Sequence record: SRR20825006_339
Strand: one strand, 5' to 3'
Length of the DNA stretch: 64,000 bases
Numbering within the stretch: the first letter of the stretch is position 1; each line of letters starts with the position of its first letter. A model generated the notes under the pieces. The model had not been told where the DNA came from. It made no database searches and saw nothing but the letters and a program-made list of their open reading frames with translations. A program made the position numbers and the translations under genes. Positions 30,512-39,544 of the stretch are shown here, piece after piece.

Positions 30512-32078
30512 TACTAGGGTTCTTTGGTGCTACATATTCCACTTCTTCACGTTCTACAATCACTGCTCCAGGTGCTGCTTTTTTAACTTTACGCACATAC
30601 TTTTTCTTAGTAACTATAACTGGTACTAATTCTGCGCCACGCGCTTTAGAGTTATAGGCTGCATAAGCCGCTGCTTCTTGGATCACCGTTTTAGGAGGAA
30701 GTTTTTTATTATTTCCCATCCGAATTATAACATGCGAACCTGAAACCCCACGTGCATGTAACCAAATATCTTCTTTATGTGCCATTTGCACTAAAATATC
30801 ATTATTTCGGGCATTTTTCCCTATCCAAACAGTAAAACCTTGCACTTCAAATACATGGAAAGGATGTCCGGAGTCAGCATTACTTTCTTTTGTACCAACT
30901 CCCAACTCAAGCAGTTGTTCCCTGTGTGTTTTTTCCCATTCCTGAAGTTCATATAGTTTTCGTATTTCTTGAAATTCAGCAATTAGTAGCTCCAGTGTTT
31001 CTTTTCGCCCCTCTAAAAGTGGAATACGCTTTAATGCCTCTTTATAAGATATCGCAGAGTTTCTAGCCTTTTCGTAATACCGTTCTGCATTTTCAGCGAT
31101 ATTCAATTTAGAGTCTAATCGAATTTCTATGTTGATTCCTGCTTCATACAAATCCTCAACAATAATTTTATTTCCTTCACTTTTTCCTAAGTGAGCATTT
31201 GCCATTAATAAATGAGCAAACTTTTCGTATTCATCTGACCGAACTAACCCTTTATCCGCCAACGAAAGATTTTTGAGTCCAGAAGCAGTCCTTTTAATTT
31301 GCCTTTTAAGCGATTTAAGTAGCTCCCCTTTTTTCTGTCTTAATCGCTGGGTGTGCGAATACGTTTTAAATCTGTAAGCAATTAAATCGTTCACAGAGTT
31401 AAAGACCCGGTCAGTCGGAATAGCTAATATACTCGGGCGAAAGAGTGTAGTATTCCCATTTTCTATTAATCTAAATACTGGTTCTTCGAGTATACTCTTT
31501 GTGAACAACTCAATTTTCTGAATTAGACTAGGAATGCTCAATTCAGAAAGTTTATGCAATTCAATTAGCTCTGATAAATGCGTTCTGGGAAGTAAAGGAT
31601 TTATAGTTGTGATTTTTTCCTTAATACTTAAATCAGAACTTGGTTCTTTATAAAGCGTGATTTCCTTTGAACTCGGTATATCATTTGAACTTCCTTTAAA
31701 AGCTTCAACAAAAACACCTTTTTTTGTAAGAAATACATTCGCTTGATTACTGAATAGCTTAAAAACCAATTCGTAATCATTCTCTATAACTATTGTGAGT
31801 ATTCGGTCTGTTTCTGCGATATAAATATCAGAAATTTTGAGGCCGTCAAGTTCTTCGAAAAAGGCTAATCTATTTTTTTGTTTCGGCTGAGAATAGGTAT
31901 CCAAAAACAACGCTATATTTCCAGGAGCCGTACTAAAAACTAGCTTCATTCGTTCCCGCTCTGATTCCACATGAAACTCTATTAGATTTTTGAATCTTGT
32001 GGTAGACAACACAATTTGGGCACCTATCAAATTGTGTTTTAAGACGTTCTTTAAATATATTAGTTCGTAGTAATTCAT
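30504..32078 (-). CDS. NFACT family protein (RqcH/FbpA-like, with NFACT-R domain)
   Basis: DR motif, coiled coil with ENAERYY, C-terminal GKNARNND...DIWLHARGVSGSHV. Confidence 0.88.
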   Translation of the reverse strand: MNYYELIYLKNVLKHNLIGAQIVLSTTRFKNLIEFHVESERERMKLVFSTAPGNIALFLDTYSQPKQKNRLAFFEELDGLKISDIYIAETDRILTIVIENDYELVFKLFSNQANVFLTKKGVFVEAFKGSSNDIPSSKEITLYKEPSSDLSIKEKITTINPLLPRTHLSELIELHKLSELSIPSLIQKIELFTKSILEEPVFRLIENGNTTLFRPSILAIPTDRVFNSVNDLIAYRFKTYSHTQRLRQKKGELLKSLKRQIKRTASGLKNLSLADKGLVRSDEYEKFAHLLMANAHLGKSEGNKIIVEDLYEAGINIEIRLDSKLNIAENAERYYEKARNSAISYKEALKRIPLLEGRKETLELLIAEFQEIRKLYELQEWEKTHREQLLELGVGTKESNADSGHPFHVFEVQGFTVWIGKNARNNDILVQMAHKEDIWLHARGVSGSHVIIRMGNNKKLPPKTVIQEAAAYAAYNSKARGAELVPVIVTKKKYVRKVKKAAPGAVIVEREEVEYVAPKNPSNE

Positions 32079-32107
32079 TGAAGAAAGGGAGAGAAATAAA
32101 GAAAGTT

Positions 32108-32761
32108 ATGCATTATCCAATATTCAGTTCCATCGTAAATACGGTAGATACGCAACTCGAGAAGCGTGGGATTTCTGCCGAAACATTCAGTACTTGGGAA
32201 AATAGTAAAATTAATGCCACCGGTTTAGAGTTAGAAATTGGCTTATCAAAAGTTTCTCAATATATGAAATCACTATCAATCAATTTTGATTGGGATGGAT
32301 TTCGTGAACGTTCGCTTGCGAAACAACTTGAAGGGATGGATTCGCACCCTTTTCTAAAGATTGATAAATTAAATGAAAGTAGTATTGTTCCCACCATTGA
32401 TGTAGAAATGGCTTGGCTTTTTGATGTAAATTTATGCCAGCCCGAAGTCCCAGAGCTTTCCGGAAATTATAGAATTGAGCAAGCTAGTGCTTGGATGGAG
32501 TCGATTAACCGCCAAGTAAACCACTTATTAGTGAACGACGACATCATTACACGCTGGCATATAGAAATTGAAGGTGATGAGAATGGAAAGTATCTATCTG
32601 CCATTAACCTTATTTCGTACTTTCAATACAGAATTGATACTCCAAAAAGCCTTAATGAGGTGAAGCATTATGTTAGTCGTCGTTTGCACGATTTACTACT
32701 TAAAGCAAACAAGGTTCTTTTTATTGCTGATGAAATTCTGAGTGAAACCATTGCGGCATAA
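32108..32761 (+). CDS. Hypothetical protein
   Basis: Long ORF. ATG 32108 is preferred to TTG 32078, which would share a base with the divergent NFACT start codon. Confidence 0.75.
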   Translation: MHYPIFSSIVNTVDTQLEKRGISAETFSTWENSKINATGLELEIGLSKVSQYMKSLSINFDWDGFRERSLAKQLEGMDSHPFLKIDKLNESSIVPTIDVEMAWLFDVNLCQPEVPELSGNYRIEQASAWMESINRQVNHLLVNDDIITRWHIEIEGDENGKYLSAINLISYFQYRIDTPKSLNEVKHYVSRRLHDLLLKANKVLFIADEILSETIAA

Positions 32762-33003
32762 GCTTTTTCCGAACTCTTTTATGCTAGAAAATCAGTTTTC
32801 TGTGCGAGAAAGAGCTCAAATTACGGAGTAGAATAGTACAGTTCATATTCTCTTCAAGTAAACCTACAGAACGCAGATTATCATTCTGATACATTTATTT
32901 TACTAAAAGTATAGACTCGGCTTCTTCCCATTTTGCTTTACCAACCAGCTTCAATCAAATTAAATTTCGGCGACATTATAGGGTAAAACCTAAACTAAAC
33001 GGC

Positions 33004-33034
33004 AAAAAAAAGGCCTCGATGTAAATCGAAGCCT
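33004..33034 (-). terminator. Intrinsic terminator of the HU-bS22 unit
   Basis: Minus-strand AGGCTTCGAT-TTAC-ATCGAGGCCT followed by a poly-T run. Confidence 0.85.
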
Positions 33035-33040
33035 GAAAAT

Positions 33041-33133
33041 CTATTTTTTCTTCTTATGCCTGTTTTTTCTCAGGCGCTTTTTACGCTTGTGTTTTGCAAT
33101 TTTAGCGCGCTTTCTTTTTTTACCACTTGGCAT
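33041..33133 (-). CDS. 30-aa basic protein, bS22/mS38 (AURKAIP1/COX24, DUF1713)-like small ribosomal protein
   Basis: Manual translation MPSGKKRKRAKIAKHKRKKRLRKNRHKKKK*; too short for the ORF track; followed by a terminator. Confidence 0.88.
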   Translation of the reverse strand: MPSGKKRKRAKIAKHKRKKRLRKNRHKKKK

Positions 33134-33213
33134 TGATGATCACCAGAAATTACTAGTTGTTGTTTTTTGTTCGAACGGTTCAAAAATAAGAACTTTTTTG
33201 ATGCTTTTCTAAA

Positions 33214-33507
33214 TCAATTTTCAATCATCATTTTTACGTTCACTGCTTCTTTAAATTCTTTAGACATTTTGAGCACCGGAACGAACTGTTCAGGCACAAT
33301 AACTTCTTCGTTAGTTTTTGGGTTTCGTGCTACTCGTTGCGCTCTTTTAACAACTTTGAAACTCCCAAAACCTCTTAATTCTATAGAATCGCCACGTTTC
33401 ATTGCGTCGATAACAGTTTCAAGAAAACCATTTACAACAGCTTCTGTTTCTACTTTTGTAAGGCCAACTGATGCCGAAATAATATCGACCATGTCTGCTT
33501 TAGTCAT
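33214..33507 (-). CDS. HU/IHF family DNA-binding protein
   Basis: MTKAD..., LRGFGSF and RVARNPKT motifs. Confidence 0.96.
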   Translation of the reverse strand: MTKADMVDIISASVGLTKVETEAVVNGFLETVIDAMKRGDSIELRGFGSFKVVKRAQRVARNPKTNEEVIVPEQFVPVLKMSKEFKEAVNVKMMIEN

Positions 33508-33697
33508 AATAGGCGGTTTTTTATGTTAATTTTTCTCTGTTCAATATGTTAAAACACAGAACTCTCTAAATCGTTCCAGAGCTCAAATGTATGATATTTT
33601 GGACTTCTATAAATGTTCCTCGTAATTATTGCTAAATCTTTTTTACTTTCACATGCATAAATTGAATGTGTAAATACAAAGTAATCTAGCAAATCTT

Positions 33698-35329
33698 ATG
33701 GAAATGTTTGAAAATGTTATTAATTGGCTGAACGACATGGTTTGGTCTCAACCTTCTAAATTCCCACTAATGGTAGCTCTTCTACTTAGTTTTGGGATTT
33801 TTATTACGCTACGGTTGGGATTTATTCAGATTAGAAAGTTCAAACACGGCATACTCTCTGTTATGGGTAAATTTGACGACCCTGACGCAATAGGAGATGT
33901 AAATCATTTTCAAGCTCTCACAACGGCTCTTTCTGCTACGGTTGGAATTGGTAATATAGCTGGGGTTGCCATCGCAATTCATTATGGTGGGCCAGGGGCT
34001 TTATTCTGGATGTGGGTTACCGCTTTTTTCGGGATGGCCGTTAAATTTACTGAATGTACTCTTGCAGTTAAATATAGAGTCCAAAATGCGGATGGATCTG
34101 TTTCTGGTGGTCCAATGTACTATATCGAAAAAGGACTCGGTGCAAATTGGAAATGGTTAGCCATGTTTTTTGCAGTAATGGCAGTAATATGTTCGTTCTT
34201 AACTGGTAATGCAGTTCAAGCTAACACTGTAGCCGACACGCTTTACAGTACTTTCGCCCTTCCTGGTTGGATTACAGGTATTGTAACTGCCACTATCGTT
34301 GGAGTTGTTATAATTGGTGGAATTAAGAGAATTGGTAACGTTACTGCACGCTTAATGCCACTTATGGCCTTAATTTATGTACTTGGCGCCCTTATAATCC
34401 TACTTATTAATTTCCAAGAAATCATTCCTGCTTTCAAAACTATTTTTACAGGCGCTTTCAATCCTCAAGCAGGTATGTATGGAGTTGTGACTGGTGCTTT
34501 CCTTACAACGCTAGTTTGGGGTATTAAACGTGGTTTGTTTTCCAATGAAGCCGGACAAGGTTCTGCTCCTATCGCTCATGGTGCAGCAAGAACCAAAGAA
34601 CCTGTACGTGAAGGCGTAGTTGCTTTGTTAGAACCATTTATTGATACGTTAGTAGTTTGTACTATGACTGGTCTTGTAATTGTGAGTACAGGTGTTTATC
34701 AACAACGCCACGACATTCCTTTCAATCCAAATGGAAAAGAAGTGAGCTATAATATTGACTCTGGCTCCACTTTAATAGTTGATGAAGGCGTTCCAACTAA
34801 TGGCCAAATAATTGTAAATGAAGCTACAACGGGTGTTATATTTGTTGGCGGTAGTAGCTCTAAAGAGAAGTTTTCTGGAACTATTAAAGTTGACAATGGT
34901 AAAACGCTTATTACCACAGAGACGGGAACTGTAGTCAAAGATTTACATGCTGATATTGTAGAAAATGGGGCGCCACTTACGTCACTAGCTTTTGAGAACG
35001 GTCTTGCCCCTCTTTTCCCTGGGGGTAAATACATTGTAACCCTTTGTGTGCTTCTATTCGGTATTTCTACCGCTATTAGCTGGAGTTATTATGGCGATAG
35101 GGCCATTCAGTATTTAGCAGGCGATAAGTCCATCATTTACTATAAATTTGTTTATGTAGCAATGCATTTTGTAGGTGCTATTCTCACGCTCGAAACCGTC
35201 TGGGCCATTGGTGATATCGCATTAGGTCTTATGACTTTCCCAAATATTATTGCTTTATTTGCTCTTTCTGGTGTTGTTGCAACATCTACTAAGACCTATT
35301 TCAAAAAAATGAACGAAGCTAAGTCTTAA
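33698..35329 (+). CDS. Alanine/glycine:cation symporter (AGCS family)
   Basis: VGIGNIAGV, GGPGALFWMW, GGPMYY and RGLFSNEAGQG motifs. Confidence 0.95.
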   Translation: MEMFENVINWLNDMVWSQPSKFPLMVALLLSFGIFITLRLGFIQIRKFKHGILSVMGKFDDPDAIGDVNHFQALTTALSATVGIGNIAGVAIAIHYGGPGALFWMWVTAFFGMAVKFTECTLAVKYRVQNADGSVSGGPMYYIEKGLGANWKWLAMFFAVMAVICSFLTGNAVQANTVADTLYSTFALPGWITGIVTATIVGVVIIGGIKRIGNVTARLMPLMALIYVLGALIILLINFQEIIPAFKTIFTGAFNPQAGMYGVVTGAFLTTLVWGIKRGLFSNEAGQGSAPIAHGAARTKEPVREGVVALLEPFIDTLVVCTMTGLVIVSTGVYQQRHDIPFNPNGKEVSYNIDSGSTLIVDEGVPTNGQIIVNEATTGVIFVGGSSSKEKFSGTIKVDNGKTLITTETGTVVKDLHADIVENGAPLTSLAFENGLAPLFPGGKYIVTLCVLLFGISTAISWSYYGDRAIQYLAGDKSIIYYKFVYVAMHFVGAILTLETVWAIGDIALGLMTFPNIIALFALSGVVATSTKTYFKKMNEAKS

Positions 35330-35336
35330 TAAAATT

Positions 35337-35963
35337 ATGGAAAACGTATTAGTAGTTGATCACCCTGTAGTTCAAAGATATATCACCGTTTTACGGGATA
35401 AAACTACTAATACGGCTTCTTTTCGCCGCGCCATGGCAACAATTGGCAATATTTTGGCCTATCACGCTTTAAGTGATTTGCCCCTTCAAGAAATTGAAGT
35501 AGAAACTCCTATTCAAAAAACTAAAGGATTTGTTCCTGCAAACGATGTTATTGTAGTACCCATTCTTAGAGCTGGTTTAAGCTTAGTTGATGGTATTATC
35601 AACTTTATCCCCGAAGCAAAAGTTGGCCATGTTGGTGTGTACAGAGATGAAACTACACATCAACCAGTTAATTATTACGACAATCTTCCAAATGGAATAA
35701 AGCATGGATACACTCTTGTTGTAGACCCAATGCTTGCTACTGGAGGGAGTGGTTCTCATGCCATTAGTTACTTGAAAAAATCAGGGGCAACAAATATCCG
35801 CTTTGTCTGCTTAATAGCTGCACCAGAAGGCATCAAAAGACTTCAAGACGACCATCCGGACGTTCCTATAATTACTGCCGCAATAGACGAGAAATTAAAC
35901 GAACAAGCATTTATTGTACCTGGTTTGGGAGATGCAGGAGATCGTTATTTTGGTACGCAATAG
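35337..35963 (+). CDS. upp: Uracil phosphoribosyltransferase
   Basis: VPILRAG, DPMLATGGS and PGLGDAGDR motifs. Confidence 0.98.
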   Translation: MENVLVVDHPVVQRYITVLRDKTTNTASFRRAMATIGNILAYHALSDLPLQEIEVETPIQKTKGFVPANDVIVVPILRAGLSLVDGIINFIPEAKVGHVGVYRDETTHQPVNYYDNLPNGIKHGYTLVVDPMLATGGSGSHAISYLKKSGATNIRFVCLIAAPEGIKRLQDDHPDVPIITAAIDEKLNEQAFIVPGLGDAGDRYFGTQ

Positions 35964-36495
35964 CTTTATATTATTTGTAATCCTTCTATGCACTTTTTCT
36001 TGCTCAAAACTCACTGAGTTTGATAACCAACGCATAAAAGAAGTTCTTGGCGACTCTTTACTTTCCAGCTCATCTAGCTGGGATATTGATATGGATATTA
36101 TCGAAGACGGATTTATCTCTCTAAATCTCAAAAGTTCAAAAGCTGTCAGTTATTCAAAAAACGATGTGAAATACACCACGTTAAGTGGACCTGTAAGTAT
36201 TCAAATATTTGAAGCTGACACACTTCAAACCGAAGTTTTTTCAGACAGCGCTTTATATAGACCCTCTGCTTCTAGTTTCGAACTGTTTGGAGCTGTGAAA
36301 GTGTTTACCACGTCGGGAAGACGACTACGCACAGAGTATCTTAAGTGGGAAAGAGCAAACGACATAATTAGCACTAATGAATATGTAACTATTGTTACAC
36401 CCAGTGATAGCATAAACGCAATGGGCTTAGTTGGCAACGCTGACTTAACCAATTATACCTTGAATGAAGTAACAGGGCAAACGGTGATCCATTGA
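35950..36495 (+). CDS. lptC: LPS export protein LptC (lipoprotein type)
   Basis: Lipobox TFSC after a probable TTG start at 35950; L.TEYL.W beta-jellyroll pattern; upstream of an OstA-like gene. Confidence 0.75.
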   Translation: MVRNSFILFVILLCTFSCSKLTEFDNQRIKEVLGDSLLSSSSSWDIDMDIIEDGFISLNLKSSKAVSYSKNDVKYTTLSGPVSIQIFEADTLQTEVFSDSALYRPSASSFELFGAVKVFTTSGRRLRTEYLKWERANDIISTNEYVTIVTPSDSINAMGLVGNADLTNYTLNEVTGQTVIH

Positions 36496-37889
36496 AAATT
36501 TTCACTCAATTATACTCTAGATTACTACTTTTTGTGATTCTCGTTTTCACAACAACTAGTGCTTTTTCTCAAAGTGTAATAACCATTGAGCGTTCCAGAA
36601 TTATTGAGAATATAACCATGAATGGAGAGTCTATTCGTAAACTATATGATGCACGTTTAAGCACAGGAAACGTAACTTTAGTATGTGATAGCGCTTGGCA
36701 GTTTATTGATAGAAATGAAGTAAGAGCGTTCGGAAATATCCAAATTGATACTAAAACAGAACATATCTGGGCAGATACTCTTTATTATTTCACAGATAAA
36801 GAACTGAGTGAATTACGTGGCAGAGTAATTATTAAACAAGACAGTACTCTCCTTTTTGGTAATAAAGTTGACTACAATTTCTTAACCAAAGAAGCATACT
36901 TCCTCGACAACATTCGTTTAGAAGATACTGAAGGAACACTAACTGCACAGACTGGCATCTATTACCAACAAAAAGACAGTGCTGAGTTTCGAGGAAATGT
37001 CCAACTAACCGACTCCGCAAAATATGCCGAAAGTGATAGCCTTTTTATCAATAGGAAAAAGAAATTAACTCGCCTTTTCAACAATATTTTTGTAGCGGAT
37101 AGTGTAAATAACTCCATTCTCCAAGGTAACTACCTTGAAGCCGATTCTACAGGTCGCCGATATATTGATGGTAATGCGTATTTACGAAGAATTTCCGCAG
37201 ATACAACCGACACCACTCATATATTTGCGAATGAAATACTCTTACAAGAAAAAGATTCTACAACTTTTATTGATGCCTATACAAAAGTTAAAGTGTGGTC
37301 TCAAAAGTTCTCATCGTTATCCGACACCCTACTCTACAATTCAAGAGATGAACTTTTTCAATTACGAGAAAAACCAAAAGCTTGGCATAAACAGATTCAG
37401 CTTACAGGCCCTTTCATTTCAGTACAATTAGATAGTAGCAGTGTAAAGCAACTTACTTCTTATTACAAAACTATTGCGGTTCAAGAAGACTCTGCGACAG
37501 GTCGATTAAACCAAATTAAAGGTGATACCCTCATTGCTGATTTCACCAATGGTGATATCTCTCAAATTACAGTGTACCCCAATAGCGAGATACTTTACCA
37601 CACTAAAAGCAGTAATGGAGAACCCGACGGTGCAATGGAAAACACATCTCCAAAAACTATTCTGTCCTTCGAGGATGGAGCATTGGTAAGAGCTTGGATG
37701 GGGAAAAACCAGGGACTGTTTCTACCCGAATACACCGATTTAGCAAACCGTAGATTAGAAGGTTATGTATGGACTCCCGAACTTAGACCTTTACGGCCTT
37801 CTTTAAAACCAGTTGGTAAGTTCCCTCCCATTTCACTAGAACGTCCATTCTCACTTCCAAAACGATTTATCGAATTTCAGAATAAATAG
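36492..37889 (+). CDS. OstA/LptA-like multi-jellyroll periplasmic protein
   Basis: Signal peptide; repeated CDSA/ADTL/SDSL...GNV motifs. Confidence 0.8.
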   Translation: MKIFTQLYSRLLLFVILVFTTTSAFSQSVITIERSRIIENITMNGESIRKLYDARLSTGNVTLVCDSAWQFIDRNEVRAFGNIQIDTKTEHIWADTLYYFTDKELSELRGRVIIKQDSTLLFGNKVDYNFLTKEAYFLDNIRLEDTEGTLTAQTGIYYQQKDSAEFRGNVQLTDSAKYAESDSLFINRKKKLTRLFNNIFVADSVNNSILQGNYLEADSTGRRYIDGNAYLRRISADTTDTTHIFANEILLQEKDSTTFIDAYTKVKVWSQKFSSLSDTLLYNSRDELFQLREKPKAWHKQIQLTGPFISVQLDSSSVKQLTSYYKTIAVQEDSATGRLNQIKGDTLIADFTNGDISQITVYPNSEILYHTKSSNGEPDGAMENTSPKTILSFEDGALVRAWMGKNQGLFLPEYTDLANRRLEGYVWTPELRPLRPSLKPVGKFPPISLERPFSLPKRFIEFQNK

Positions 37890-37971
37890 ATTAAACACTA
37901 ATTTTTACAGATAATCTCGAATTGTTTGTGCAACTTGGAATTCATTAAACCAATCTAAAAGATTTTGTAAC

Positions 37972-39456
37972 ATGAAAAAATTACTCTCTATTGCGTTAAT
38001 TGTCCTTTTCGGTTTCAGTCAGATTAAAGCACAAGATGGGAAGTTATCAATCGCTATCGATTCTTCAACTAAAACGGACCATGAAGTAGTAATAAATGGG
38101 AAGAAAGTTGCTTATTCGGCAACAGTTGGCACCCAACCCGTATGGGATAATAACGGTAAACCCGTAGCAACCTTATTATACACTTACTATCAACGGAAAG
38201 GAGTTTCGAACACAGACCGTCGTCCTTTGCTAATCTCTTTTAACGGTGGTCCAGGTTCTGCCTCTGTTTGGATGCACATTGCATACACTGGCCCTAAAGT
38301 TTTAAACATCGACGAGGAAGGTTACCCAATTCAACCTTATGGGGTAAAAGATAATCCTCACTCCGTGCTTGATGTTGCTGATATCGTTTATGTAAATCCA
38401 GTTAATACTGGTTACTCTCGCCTTTTTGATAAAGATGCCGACCGCAAAAACTTTTTCGGTGTTAATGAAGATATAAAATACCTTTCTGAGTGGCTTAGAA
38501 CCTTTGTTACTCGTGTGAATAGATGGAATTCTCCAAAATATCTAATTGGTGAAAGTTATGGAACTACTAGAGTTTCAGGACTTGCATTAGCTCTACAAAA
38601 TCAGCAATGGATGTACCTTAATGGCGTGATTTTAGTTTCTCCAACCGATTTAGGAATTAAAAGAGAAGGTCCAGTTGAAGCTGCAAATCGTTTGCCTTAT
38701 TACGCGGCAGCAGCTTGGTTTCACAAAAAACTTGCTCCAGCACTCCAGAGTAAAGACTTAATTGAAGTTTTAGAAGAAGCTGAAACTTATGCAATCAATT
38801 CATTGTTGCCAGTAATGGCTAAAGGTGCTTGGGCAACAGAAAATGAGAAATCCGAAGCTATAAAAATGTTTAGCTATTACTCTGGACTTAACCCAAAGGT
38901 TATTGAGCAACACAACCTAGATGTTCCCACTTCTTTCTTTTGGAAAGACTTGCTTAGAGACGAAGGTTATACTGTTGGTCGATTAGATTCCCGATACAAA
39001 GGAATTGATAAAATGGAAGCTGGCATTCGTCCTGACTACAACGCGGAACTTACTTCTTGGCTACATTCCTTTACTCCTGCCATTAATTACTACTTCAGAA
39101 ATGATTTAAATTTCAAAACAGATCTCAAGTATAATATGTTTGGCCCTGTGCATCCTTGGAATAATGATGGTGATAGAACTGGAGATAACTTACGCCAAGC
39201 AATGGCTCAAAATCCTTATCTCCATACCATGATTCAAAGTGGGTATTATGATGGCGCTACAAGCTATTTTGATGCCAAGTATACAATGTGGAATCTTGAC
39301 CCAAGTGGTCGATTAAAGGATAGGCTTAGCTTTAAAGGCTACAGAAGTGGCCACATGATGTATTTAAGAGCTGAAGACTTGAAAAATGCAAACGATGACA
39401 TTCGAGAATTTATCAAGAATTCTCTTCCTTCTGCAGGTACACCAGCAAAATATTAA
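37972..39456 (+). CDS. Serine carboxypeptidase (S10 family), secreted
   Basis: Signal peptide; FNGGPGSAS, GESYG and GHM motifs. Confidence 0.92.
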   Translation: MKKLLSIALIVLFGFSQIKAQDGKLSIAIDSSTKTDHEVVINGKKVAYSATVGTQPVWDNNGKPVATLLYTYYQRKGVSNTDRRPLLISFNGGPGSASVWMHIAYTGPKVLNIDEEGYPIQPYGVKDNPHSVLDVADIVYVNPVNTGYSRLFDKDADRKNFFGVNEDIKYLSEWLRTFVTRVNRWNSPKYLIGESYGTTRVSGLALALQNQQWMYLNGVILVSPTDLGIKREGPVEAANRLPYYAAAAWFHKKLAPALQSKDLIEVLEEAETYAINSLLPVMAKGAWATENEKSEAIKMFSYYSGLNPKVIEQHNLDVPTSFFWKDLLRDEGYTVGRLDSRYKGIDKMEAGIRPDYNAELTSWLHSFTPAINYYFRNDLNFKTDLKYNMFGPVHPWNNDGDRTGDNLRQAMAQNPYLHTMIQSGYYDGATSYFDAKYTMWNLDPSGRLKDRLSFKGYRSGHMMYLRAEDLKNANDDIREFIKNSLPSAGTPAKY

Positions 39457-39491
39457 GATTCTAACTTACATAGTAGATTAAACTATCTGAT

Positions 39492-39533
39492 AAAAATCCC
39501 AACATGTTACTAGCACGTTGGGATTTTGTTTTT
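39492..39533. terminator. Bidirectional intrinsic terminator
   Basis: AAAATCCCAAC...GTTGGGATTTT hairpin between convergent genes. Confidence 0.8.
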
Positions 39534-39544
39534 ATATACTTTAC

